Origin: Bacteroidales bacterium
Lineage (GTDB): Bacteria; Bacteroidota; Bacteroidia; Bacteroidales; JAADGE01
Direction: 5' to 3'
Assembly: GCA_021648725.1 (NCBI GenBank)
Contig: JAKISF010000005.1
Span: 12,375 to 76,374 of the forward strand
Length of the DNA: 64,000 nucleotides
Below the pieces are notes generated by a model. It was not told the origin of the DNA and searched no databases. It saw nothing but the letters and a program-made list of their open reading frames with translations. This document shows, piece by piece, positions 1 through 7,179 of the stretch. The position numbers and the translations under genes were made by a program. Each line of letters starts with the position of its first letter. Within the stretch, counting starts at the first letter, position 1.

Positions 1-392
1 AGAATTAAGTATTCATACATTTTTACACGACCGAGAATTGCTCCGGCAGCAATTAATAAACTTGCCGCACCGAATTCTGCAAGGATTAAAGTTTTAATTT
101 CCCCGCCCGGTTCACTGAATAAGCCGGAATCACTGATTGCGAAATAAAGAGGTAATGCAGTGCTTACAAGCAAGAAAGTTGCTGTGAGAGCCGATCTTCC
201 GTATTTTTTGACAAAAACCATCAGAAATCCGAAACCGACTAATAACATTGCCATAATATGGATAGCTCTGTTGTATTGTTGGACTTCAATAATCGATTTA
301 ATGTCATCTTCATTTGTGCCGAATGCCGGTCCTGCAAACACTAAAAACAGAAGTACTAAAACAGGAACTCTTAAGATTTTTATTCTGTTCAT
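1..392 (-). CDS. Ammonium transporter, Rh/Amt family (N-terminal part; gene runs off the left edge)
   Basis: Not in the ORF track because there is no stop inside the window. My reverse-complement translation from the ATG at 392-390 gives MNRIKILRVPVLVLLFLVFAGPAFGTNEDD...AMLLVGFGFLMVFVKKYGRSALTATFLLVS... This is a signal-like N-terminus followed by the VGFGFLM-x-F-x-K-YG stretch I associate with Rh-type ammonium channels. The 160..414 + ORF is its antisense shadow. Confidence 0.5.
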   Translation of the reverse strand, partial: MNRIKILRVPVLVLLFLVFAGPAFGTNEDDIKSIIEVQQYNRAIHIMAMLLVGFGFLMVFVKKYGRSALTATFLLVSTALPLYFAISDSGLFSEPGGEIKTLILAEFGAASLLIAAGAILGRVKMYEYLI

Positions 393-540
393 TTTAATAG
401 GTTTTAAATTTTAGGTTTCAAAAGTATTTTTTTTCATGCAAAATAATGTTTTTATATATCTCTTTATTTTGTGTTTAGCAACATTATATCTTGACATAAT
501 AAAATAGGCATACATCATTTTTTTCATTTATTAAGATTGC

Positions 541-548
541 TACATTTG
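541..548 (+). promoter_or_regulatory. Candidate Bacteroidota sigma-A -7 box (TAnnTTTG)
   Basis: TACATTTG lies 22 nt upstream of the ATG at 571. It matches the TAnnTTTG consensus described for Bacteroides-type promoters. Confidence 0.35.
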
Positions 549-570
549 CACAATTATAAAAATACAGATT

Positions 571-1185
571 ATGTTATTGAAGATTTACGAAGAAAATCCT
601 TCCGAAAAGCAAATTGATAAGGTTTTTGAAATATTTAAAAGCGGAGGTTTGGTTATAATACCTACTGATTCTGTTTACAGTATTGCTTGTGATATGAATA
701 ATCGAAAAGCTGTTGAGAATCTTGCGAAGCTTAAAGGCATTAAATTAAAAGATGCTGATTTTTCTTTTATTTTCGGAGATTTAAGTTGTGTGTCGGAATA
801 CACAAAGCCGATTAGTAACAGTACATTTAAAATTATTAAAAAGAATTTACCCGGTCCGTTCACTTTTATTTTAGACGCAAATAATAATATCCCTAATTTT
901 TTCAGAAAAAGTAAAAAAACAATCGGTATCAGAATTCCTGATAATGAAATTGTAAGAACTATTGTAAGAAAATTAAACCATCCTATTTTGTCAACTTCGG
1001 TTCATGCCGATGATGATATAATTGAATATATGACTGACCCTTCATTGATTGAAGAAAAATATAAAAATACAGTTGAAGTTGTTATTGACGGAGGATACGG
1101 AAAAATTGAAGCATCAACGGTTGTTGATTGCACCGGCGGCGAAATAGAAATTTTGAGAGAAGGAATTGAAGAATTAATGAGATAA
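571..1185 (+). CDS. tsaC: L-threonylcarbamoyladenylate synthase, YrdC/TsaC family
   Basis: 204-aa ORF with YrdC-domain landmarks (GGLVIIPTDSVYSIACD, KTIGIRIPDN, ILSTSVH). The size fits the stand-alone TsaC form. Confidence 0.75.
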   Translation: MLLKIYEENPSEKQIDKVFEIFKSGGLVIIPTDSVYSIACDMNNRKAVENLAKLKGIKLKDADFSFIFGDLSCVSEYTKPISNSTFKIIKKNLPGPFTFILDANNNIPNFFRKSKKTIGIRIPDNEIVRTIVRKLNHPILSTSVHADDDIIEYMTDPSLIEEKYKNTVEVVIDGGYGKIEASTVVDCTGGEIEILREGIEELMR

Positions 1186-1224
1186 AACCTTAAAGTTAAA
1201 AGTTTGAAATTTAAATAAGTAAGA

Positions 1225-1971
1225 ATGAGAGATATAATATTAAATCATAAGTCAATACGAAAATACAAAAGCCTAAAAATTGATAAGGTTGTAATTGACA
1301 GGATATTAGAAGCCGGAATCCGTGCATCAAATACGGGCAGTATGCAGGCATACAGCGTAATTGTTACAGAAGATGCAAAGAAAAAAGAAGAACTGTTGCC
1401 TTTACACTTTAACCAAGAGGCGGTAAAACAAGCACCGTTAATTTTAACATTTTGTGCTGATTTAAATCGTTTTAATAAATGGTGTGAAATGAGAGGAGCA
1501 AACCCCGGCTATGATAATTTTTTATGGTTTTATACGGCAAGTATAGATGCAACAATTACGGCTCAAAATTGTGCATTAGCAGCCGAAGCCGAAGGTTTAG
1601 GAATTTGCTATATGGGGACAACGAACTATACGGCAGAAAAAATAATTGATATTTTAAAATTACCGAAAGGCGTTATTCCGGTAACAACTTTAACTGTGGG
1701 TTATCCGAATGAAACACCCGGTTTGACAAGTCGTTTGCCCGAAAGAGCCGTAATTCATTATGAAGAATATGATGATTTTACCGAATATGATATTAATGAA
1801 ATATATAAAGAACTTGAAGCATCTGATTCAGCAAAACAGCTGATTGAAGAAAACGGAACAGAAACATTGGCTCAAGTGTTTACCGAAAAGCGATATACAA
1901 AAGCAAATAACATTCATTTTTCCAAATCATTATTAGAAGTTGTTAAAAAGCAGGGTTTTTGGAATCATTAA
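1225..1971 (+). CDS. Nitroreductase family protein (NfsA/FRP-like FMN oxidoreductase)
   Basis: 248-aa ORF with an N-terminal HKSIRKYK, RASNTGSMQAYSVIV and GICYMG. The length and layout are typical of NfsA-like nitroreductases. Confidence 0.7.
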   Translation: MRDIILNHKSIRKYKSLKIDKVVIDRILEAGIRASNTGSMQAYSVIVTEDAKKKEELLPLHFNQEAVKQAPLILTFCADLNRFNKWCEMRGANPGYDNFLWFYTASIDATITAQNCALAAEAEGLGICYMGTTNYTAEKIIDILKLPKGVIPVTTLTVGYPNETPGLTSRLPERAVIHYEEYDDFTEYDINEIYKELEASDSAKQLIEENGTETLAQVFTEKRYTKANNIHFSKSLLEVVKKQGFWNH

Positions 1972-2035
1972 AAAAAGATGAAAATTTGTTTGCATAATAA
2001 ATGAAATAATCAGATATTTGCAAACTCTTAAAAAC

Positions 2036-2110
2036 GGTGGTTGTAGTTCAGTTGGTTAGAACACCTGATTGTGGTTCAGGGGGTCGTGGGTTCGAGTCCC
2101 ATCTTCCACC
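2036..2110 (+). tRNA. tRNA-His (anticodon GTG) with encoded G-1
   Basis: Hand-folded cloverleaf. The D arm is GTTC/GAAC. The anticodon stem is CCTGA/TCAGG with loop TTGTGGT, so the anticodon is GTG. The T arm is GTGGG-TTCGAGT-CCCAT. An extra 5' G lies opposite C73, as expected for bacterial tRNA-His. Confidence 0.8.
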
Positions 2111-2116
2111 CACTTA

Positions 2117-2148
2117 AAGTCTTGACAAATTTTGTTGAGGCTTTTTTT
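2117..2148 (+). terminator. Rho-independent terminator after tRNA-His
   Basis: AAGTCTTGAC (2117-2126) pairs with GTTGAGGCTT (2134-2143), including G-U wobbles. The loop is 7 nt and a run of seven T follows. Confidence 0.55.
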
Positions 2149-2153
2149 ATGGC

Positions 2154-2161
2154 TATATTTG
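2154..2161 (+). promoter_or_regulatory. Candidate -7 box (TAnnTTTG)
   Basis: TATATTTG lies 27 nt upstream of the ATG at 2189. Confidence 0.35.
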
Positions 2162-2188
2162 AATCTTATTTAAGATAATAATTTTACA

Positions 2189-3079
2189 ATGTTTTATCTT
2201 CCTATCCAATACGAACAACCCTTATTCAGACCGCCTTCCGAGGCACGTTCTTTAATTTTGCAGATAACTTCCGGTTGTTCTTGGAATAAATGTGCTTTTT
2301 GCGAGATGTATGCTTCCAAATCTTTCAGAGTTAAACCGTTTGGCATTGTTAAACAAGAAATTGAGCAAGTTGCAAATTCATCTTTAAAGTTTAATAAAGT
2401 ATTTTTAGCAGACGGCGATGCAATGGTTTTGTCTGCCGGTAAATTATTGCAAATTTTAAATGAAATAAATGACAAGTTCCTTAAAATAAGACGAATTTCA
2501 ATATATGCTCGTCCTTCCGATTTTGTAAAAAAAACATTATCCGAATTAAAAGAACTAAAATCTGCCGGATTAGAATTGGCTTATGTCGGTGTAGAATCGG
2601 GTGATGATGAGGTTTTAAAACACATAAATAAAGGCGAAACCTATAAATCAACCATAGAGGGTTTATTGAAAGCAAAAGAAGCCGGAATAAAGTTGTCCGT
2701 AATGATTTTAAACGGTTTGGGCGGTGAAGAACTGAGCCGACAACATGCCGTTAATTCTGCAAAAGTTTTAAATGAGGTTCAACCTGAGTATGCATCAACT
2801 TTGGTGTTAAGTTTGCCTTTGGGAGAAGCTCACTTTACAAATCGTTATTCCGGAAAATTTACGATGCTTAACAAACTTGAACTTATTGAAGAAATGGGTA
2901 TTTTTCTGAAAAACACCGAATTAGAGCAGACAGTTTTCAGAAGTGACCATGCGTCTAATTATTTGGTGCTGAAAGGAATTCTTTCAAAAGACAAGGCTTC
3001 TCTTTTGCATAAAATAAATGAAGTTTTAAATAATCCGCAACTTGCCGATTTACGGGAAGAGTGGGAGAGAGGACTGTAA
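2189..3079 (+). CDS. Radical SAM protein (Elp3-like domain class, function unknown)
   Basis: 296-aa ORF with a Cys triad in ITSGCSWNKCAFCEMY near the N-terminus and a glycine-rich GVESGDDEVL segment typical of radical SAM TIM-barrel cores. Confidence 0.7.
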   Translation: MFYLPIQYEQPLFRPPSEARSLILQITSGCSWNKCAFCEMYASKSFRVKPFGIVKQEIEQVANSSLKFNKVFLADGDAMVLSAGKLLQILNEINDKFLKIRRISIYARPSDFVKKTLSELKELKSAGLELAYVGVESGDDEVLKHINKGETYKSTIEGLLKAKEAGIKLSVMILNGLGGEELSRQHAVNSAKVLNEVQPEYASTLVLSLPLGEAHFTNRYSGKFTMLNKLELIEEMGIFLKNTELEQTVFRSDHASNYLVLKGILSKDKASLLHKINEVLNNPQLADLREEWERGL

Positions 3080-3096
3080 CAGCAAATTTCTGATGT

Positions 3097-3122
3097 ATAA
3101 AAAAAGCTGCAAAAGCAGCTTT
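3097..3122 (-). terminator. Rho-independent terminator (reads best on the minus strand)
   Basis: AAAGCTGC (3103-3110) pairs with GCAGCTTT (3115-3122) around a 4-nt loop. On the minus strand a T-run follows (plus-strand A-run 3099-3105). It sits immediately after the TAG at 3128-3130 of the small membrane ORF. Confidence 0.55.
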
Positions 3123-3127
3123 GATGT

Positions 3128-3292
3128 CTAAATTCCTTTGAATGTGGTTTCGACTGCTAACAATCCAAAACCGGCAACAACAAGCCAATAACTATATTCA
3201 GTTACAAACGGAATGTCAATAAAGTATCATAGAATTCCGACAATACCTAAAATCATTGCAATAAGGCAAATAATTGTTTTTGGGGCTGACAT
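3128..3292 (-). pseudogene. Small two-TM membrane protein ORF interrupted by an in-frame TGA (nonsense allele or readthrough candidate)
   Basis: My translation is MSAPKTIICLIAMILGIVGIL-TGA-YFIDIPFVTEYSYWLVVAGFGLLAVETTFKGI-TAG. The frame stays open and hydrophobic for 33 codons after the TGA at 3227-3229, and a terminator follows the TAG. The ORF track instead shows an 83-aa version, 3227..3478, with an implausible upstream extension. Confidence 0.35.
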
Positions 3293-3301
3293 ATAAATAA
3301 A

Positions 3302-3559
3302 TTTAGTTAGGGCTTGCTGAAAAACGTTAAATATATTGTAATTCAATACTTTATATTTGTATTTTTGTGATAAAGTGCAAGGTTTTTGAATAAAATATCT
3401 TGAAACCCTTGCACTTATTTTGATAAAACTACCAATTTTTTGCTGCTCAGCTGCACATCTCTTTTGTATTTTGTTCAATTTGAAGTATTTATATACATCT
3501 ACATCTCACAAAATCCAAAATAGGCGCACATCTGAGCTTTTCAGCAAGCCCTAGTTAAA
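3302..3559. ncRNA. Candidate structured RNA or inverted-repeat element (class and strand unknown)
   Basis: Positions 3302-3323 pair with 3538-3559 over 22 consecutive positions. Positions 3308-3323 and 3538-3553 form 16 Watson-Crick pairs, and there are two G-U pairs on the plus strand. An internal hairpin pairs AGTGCAAGG (3374-3382) with CCTTGCACT (3407-3415). GCTCAG (3445-3450) pairs with CTGAGC (3532-3537). ACATCT occurs four times (3455, 3495, 3501, 3528). Confidence 0.35.
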
Positions 3560-3617
3560 AAATATGTTTACACAAAGTATATAAAAAAGGGGAATAAAAA
3601 AATATGATTCAAAAACT

Positions 3618-4301
3618 TTATTCCGGCTTAAAACGAGAAATATTTGACAGATGTTTCATTTGCTTAAATGCCATAACAAGCATTGCAATTAAAAAAGGAA
3701 TAAAAAATAATAATAAAACGGTATGTTGCGACATAATTATAAAATCATAAAACCCGTGTAAAACAATAGGAACAGTAAGAGATAAAATAAGGTATAATAT
3801 TCTTTTTTGAGGTCTGAATTTTGCCCATGCAAGAAAGTAACCCATTGAAATTCCGAACATTGTGTGTGCAGGAACAGCTGTGAATGCTCGCATTATTCCT
3901 GTTCCCGCTCCGTTTTGAAGAACATACATAATGTTTTCGATTGCGGCAAAACCGAGTGAAATATATGCGGCATATACAATTCCGTCGAATTTTTCATTAA
4001 AGTCTTTGCTTTTCCATATCACAAGTATGAATACTGAGTATTTGAAAATTTCTTCGGTTGAGGCTGCAACAATAAAGGCATTGTATGCTGCCGTTAACAT
4101 TTGGTTGCTCGGAAAATTATATTTGTTATTCCAATAATTGCCGAGCCAAGTTTCAATGAAAAAAATAGGCAAAACAGTTAATGCTCCGAAGATAAAAGTT
4201 TTAATTAATAGTTTTCGAGGTTCTTTTTCGTATTTATCTCTTCTGTAAATGTAAATAAGAATAAGTATAATAGGAGCAATTGAAATGGCTAATAATGTCA
4301 T
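3618..4301 (-). CDS. PrsW-family intramembrane protease
   Basis: 227-aa polytopic ORF with STEEIFKY, GFAAIEN, PAHTMFG and HGFYDF, the motif set I associate with PrsW. Confidence 0.7.
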   Translation of the reverse strand: MTLLAISIAPIILILIYIYRRDKYEKEPRKLLIKTFIFGALTVLPIFFIETWLGNYWNNKYNFPSNQMLTAAYNAFIVAASTEEIFKYSVFILVIWKSKDFNEKFDGIVYAAYISLGFAAIENIMYVLQNGAGTGIMRAFTAVPAHTMFGISMGYFLAWAKFRPQKRILYLILSLTVPIVLHGFYDFIIMSQHTVLLLFFIPFLIAMLVMAFKQMKHLSNISRFKPE

Positions 4302-4372
4302 TTTTTATTTTTATTAATATTTACACTGTGATTTTACTTGCAGTTTTTATGAAATACTAATTTTTAAGTGGT

Positions 4373-6973
4373 TTATTTATAATTTTCTTTGTAGAATTTC
4401 ATATACTTTTCAATAATAGGCAGTTTTTTTAATTTTTGCAAATTTGTTTGAGAGATAATAAAATGTTCATAATCAGAAAACGGAATGTCATTGTATTTGC
4501 CTTCTGCAATAAGTTTGTTTTTGTATTCGGAAGCCGCAAGCTCATTTTTAAAAGGCTTAATAATTATTGCTTTGTTATTTTCACCTAAGTTTTCAAGTAT
4601 TATTTTAAACTTGCCTTTCGGAAATGTTACGGCATTAAATGTTGTTAAAAGATACTTGATTTTATCGGCAGTTTTACTGTTTTCGGTAACTACCGTATAA
4701 AAATATGTGCTGTCTTGCCCTTTCAAATAATAGTCAGGATCATATTTACCGCTTGCTATAAGGTCTAATACTGCTTGTGCATTAGGAGTAATTTCATCTT
4801 TTGGATGTTTTTTTACAAGTTTTTCCAAAATAGATTTCATATCAGAATAATTCCCCAAGTTTCCTTTCGACATGCCTTTAATATACAGAAGTTTTGCAGA
4901 TAAATGATTATTGTCTGAAACATTGAATGCTTCTTCTGTTTTTGAAATTGCTTCATTATATTTTTTAGATTTATATGCATTATACGCATCAGAATATAAG
5001 TCATCAATTTTCTTTTTGTTTTCTTTCAGTTTGTTTAAATAATTAGGGTCGGAAAGAATTTTAGCATACTTGCTGTAAGGAAATTCATTCAGAATTTTAT
5101 TTCTGTATTTTTCAGCCTCAGTTTTGTTTTTTGTTTTAGTAAAATTTAGTAAATATAAGTTAAAATATGATTCAATAATTAAATCATTCTCAGGAAATCT
5201 TTTATTTAAAGTTTTATATGATTTTTCTGCTTCAGGATAATCTTCCATTTTTCGTTCATAAACAACACCTGCATCAAAATATGCTTTTGCAATTCGTTCG
5301 TTAGATAATGCAATGAGAGAATCTGTCAAAGGTAAATCTTGCAAATAATATTCAACTTTTTTATTGTCGGTTACACGTCCGGAGTCAACTTTTGCTGTTT
5401 CCTCTTCCTCATCATTTTCCGAAATAACTTGTTTGTTTTTTCTTCTCCAATGGTCTTCAAGCTTGCGTTTACCCCAAATTTTTTGGAATTCTGATTTTCC
5501 GATGCTTATTGCTTGCGGGTTATAAAAATACCATTTTCCTTTGGCTTGGTTTTGATTATAATCGCCTCTGTTAAATTGATCATACATTCTGTTATTTCCG
5601 CTATTCAGAGCTGATTTTTCGTCAGCAATAAGTTTTTTTATAATTCTTTCAATATAAGCAATTCTTTTTGCAGAATCCATTGTTGCAATTCTTTGAATAC
5701 TGTCTTCGTAGTTAATAAGTTTTAAATTATCTGTAAGGTCTTTTAGGTTATTTGCTTTTTTTGAGATTAAGTCATAGTCGGGGTATTTTTTATTCAGAAC
5801 ACTCATTGTGCTGTCATAATATTCCCCTGCGGGAAGATAAAATCTTTTATCAAAATAAATATCTGCTAATGCGAGATATGAGAGGGCTTTTTGATTATTA
5901 TTTGAAACGCTTTTTGCAACAGATTTTTTATAATAATTAATTGCTTGTTCCTTGTTGTTTTCTTTGTATTCGATTCCGGCTAAAACATAATAAATTTGGT
6001 CTTGAAAATCAATGTTTTTTTCATCTTTTAACATTTTTGTCAAAATTTTTCTGATTTTTTCAGAGCCTTCAGAACTGTTAATAAAAGATTTTGCCATATT
6101 AATTTTAGCACTGAATACCATTTCGTAGGGCGGGTTCATTTTAATAACTTCTTCAAACAATTTAATTGCCTTATCTCCCTTATTTATTTTTTGATAAATT
6201 TGTGCGGTTAAATATGTAATTCTTGCTTTTTTCTTTTTTCTTTTAATTTGCTTTGCCAAATATTTAAGTTTTTCTAATGCTTTGTCATATTTTTTCTGTT
6301 TAATAAATATGTCTGCATAAGCCATATCAATATCAAAATTTAAATCTTTCGGGTGTGTATTATCTTCAATTATCAGTTTTAAATAATTACCGGCTTCATT
6401 AAAATTGCTCTGTGCACTGTGTGAACGAGCAATCCAATACATTGCATAAAATCTTATTTCTTCTTTTCTGAATTTATTTAATATTACGTGAAGCGACCTT
6501 AAGCTGCCTATGTAATCTCCTTTGTAGTAATGTGCTTTTCCCATTAATAAATATGCATCATCTACCCATTTATTATACTCACTTTTTCTGTAAAACTCTT
6601 TTTCTTTTTCGGTCATTTTGTATGCATGCTTACCTTTTTTTGGTTGTTTCCGTTCCGGCTTTACAGTTATTGAATGCATCTTTATCATCTTCACGGCTTT
6701 TTTTATAGATTCATCCATATCACCGGAGATTGAATTTATTATATCCTCACGTTCATTTTTATAAACAGGTAATAATTGGGTGTAATTTTCGGAAGTATTC
6801 TCAACTGTTTCCAGTCCTTTTTTAAAATTTTCGTATCCGTTAAAGTATATATTAAAATAACCGGTAGTGTTATGATAAAATCTTGTCATTGCAGTATTTT
6901 TTTCAGTAGAACAAGATTGTGTTACTACAACAAAAAATACAAATAAAGATAAATAAAGAAGAGACCTTTTCAA
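4373..6973 (-). CDS. porW: TPR-repeat lipoprotein, SprE/PorW-like (type IX secretion / gliding)
   Basis: 866 aa with a signal peptide and lipobox (TQSC). The N-terminus CSTEKNTAMTRFYHNTTGYFNIYFNGYENFKKG resembles the start of Flavobacterium SprE as I remember it. The TPR-like repeat content and the size (SprE is about 870 aa) also fit. Confidence 0.55.
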   Translation of the reverse strand: MKRSLLYLSLFVFFVVVTQSCSTEKNTAMTRFYHNTTGYFNIYFNGYENFKKGLETVENTSENYTQLLPVYKNEREDIINSISGDMDESIKKAVKMIKMHSITVKPERKQPKKGKHAYKMTEKEKEFYRKSEYNKWVDDAYLLMGKAHYYKGDYIGSLRSLHVILNKFRKEEIRFYAMYWIARSHSAQSNFNEAGNYLKLIIEDNTHPKDLNFDIDMAYADIFIKQKKYDKALEKLKYLAKQIKRKKKKARITYLTAQIYQKINKGDKAIKLFEEVIKMNPPYEMVFSAKINMAKSFINSSEGSEKIRKILTKMLKDEKNIDFQDQIYYVLAGIEYKENNKEQAINYYKKSVAKSVSNNNQKALSYLALADIYFDKRFYLPAGEYYDSTMSVLNKKYPDYDLISKKANNLKDLTDNLKLINYEDSIQRIATMDSAKRIAYIERIIKKLIADEKSALNSGNNRMYDQFNRGDYNQNQAKGKWYFYNPQAISIGKSEFQKIWGKRKLEDHWRRKNKQVISENDEEEETAKVDSGRVTDNKKVEYYLQDLPLTDSLIALSNERIAKAYFDAGVVYERKMEDYPEAEKSYKTLNKRFPENDLIIESYFNLYLLNFTKTKNKTEAEKYRNKILNEFPYSKYAKILSDPNYLNKLKENKKKIDDLYSDAYNAYKSKKYNEAISKTEEAFNVSDNNHLSAKLLYIKGMSKGNLGNYSDMKSILEKLVKKHPKDEITPNAQAVLDLIASGKYDPDYYLKGQDSTYFYTVVTENSKTADKIKYLLTTFNAVTFPKGKFKIILENLGENNKAIIIKPFKNELAASEYKNKLIAEGKYNDIPFSDYEHFIISQTNLQKLKKLPIIEKYMKFYKENYK

Positions 6974-7179
6974 AGTGTTATGTTTTATTTAATCTGCAAA
7001 TTTACATTTTTAACAAGCTTTTTAAAAAAATATTGTTTGAATTATTGAAATTAATTATAAATTCAAATTGTTAAAATTATTGTTTAAAGAAAAAGTGTAA
7101 TATTACATTAATATATTCATGCAAAAACAATAGACTTTATATCTTTACGAAATATTAATTAAAAAAATAAAATTGTAAG

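Noticed and set aside
160-414. 84-aa plus-strand ORF in the track
   Set aside because: It lies antisense to a much better reading frame (the Rh/Amt-like transporter N-terminus, minus strand, ATG at 392-390) and has no recognisable features. I treated it as a shadow ORF.
3227-3229. Genome-wide reassignment of TGA (code 4 or 25) as the explanation for the in-frame TGA
   Set aside because: TGA clearly terminates well-supported genes here. Examples are 24394..25254, with the classic ATGA overlap, and 10823..11782, which is followed by a strong terminator. Any recoding would therefore have to be local.
3227-3478. 83-aa minus-strand ORF as called in the track
   Set aside because: Only the last 21 codons (from the ATG at 3292) look like protein. 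The upstream 62 codons run through the inverted-repeat and hairpin-rich intergenic element and look non-coding.
3302-3559. Interpreting the inverted-repeat element as a MITE
   Set aside because: I could not see a target-site duplication at the ends or a second copy in the window. I kept it as an open alternative under the finding rather than calling it a mobile element.
7096-7107. Perfect 12-nt palindrome TGTAATATTACA in the porW/phosphoesterase divergent promoter region
   Set aside because: It could be an operator. In DNA this AT-rich, an isolated AT-only palindrome of this length is not convincing without a second copy or a nearby regulator gene.
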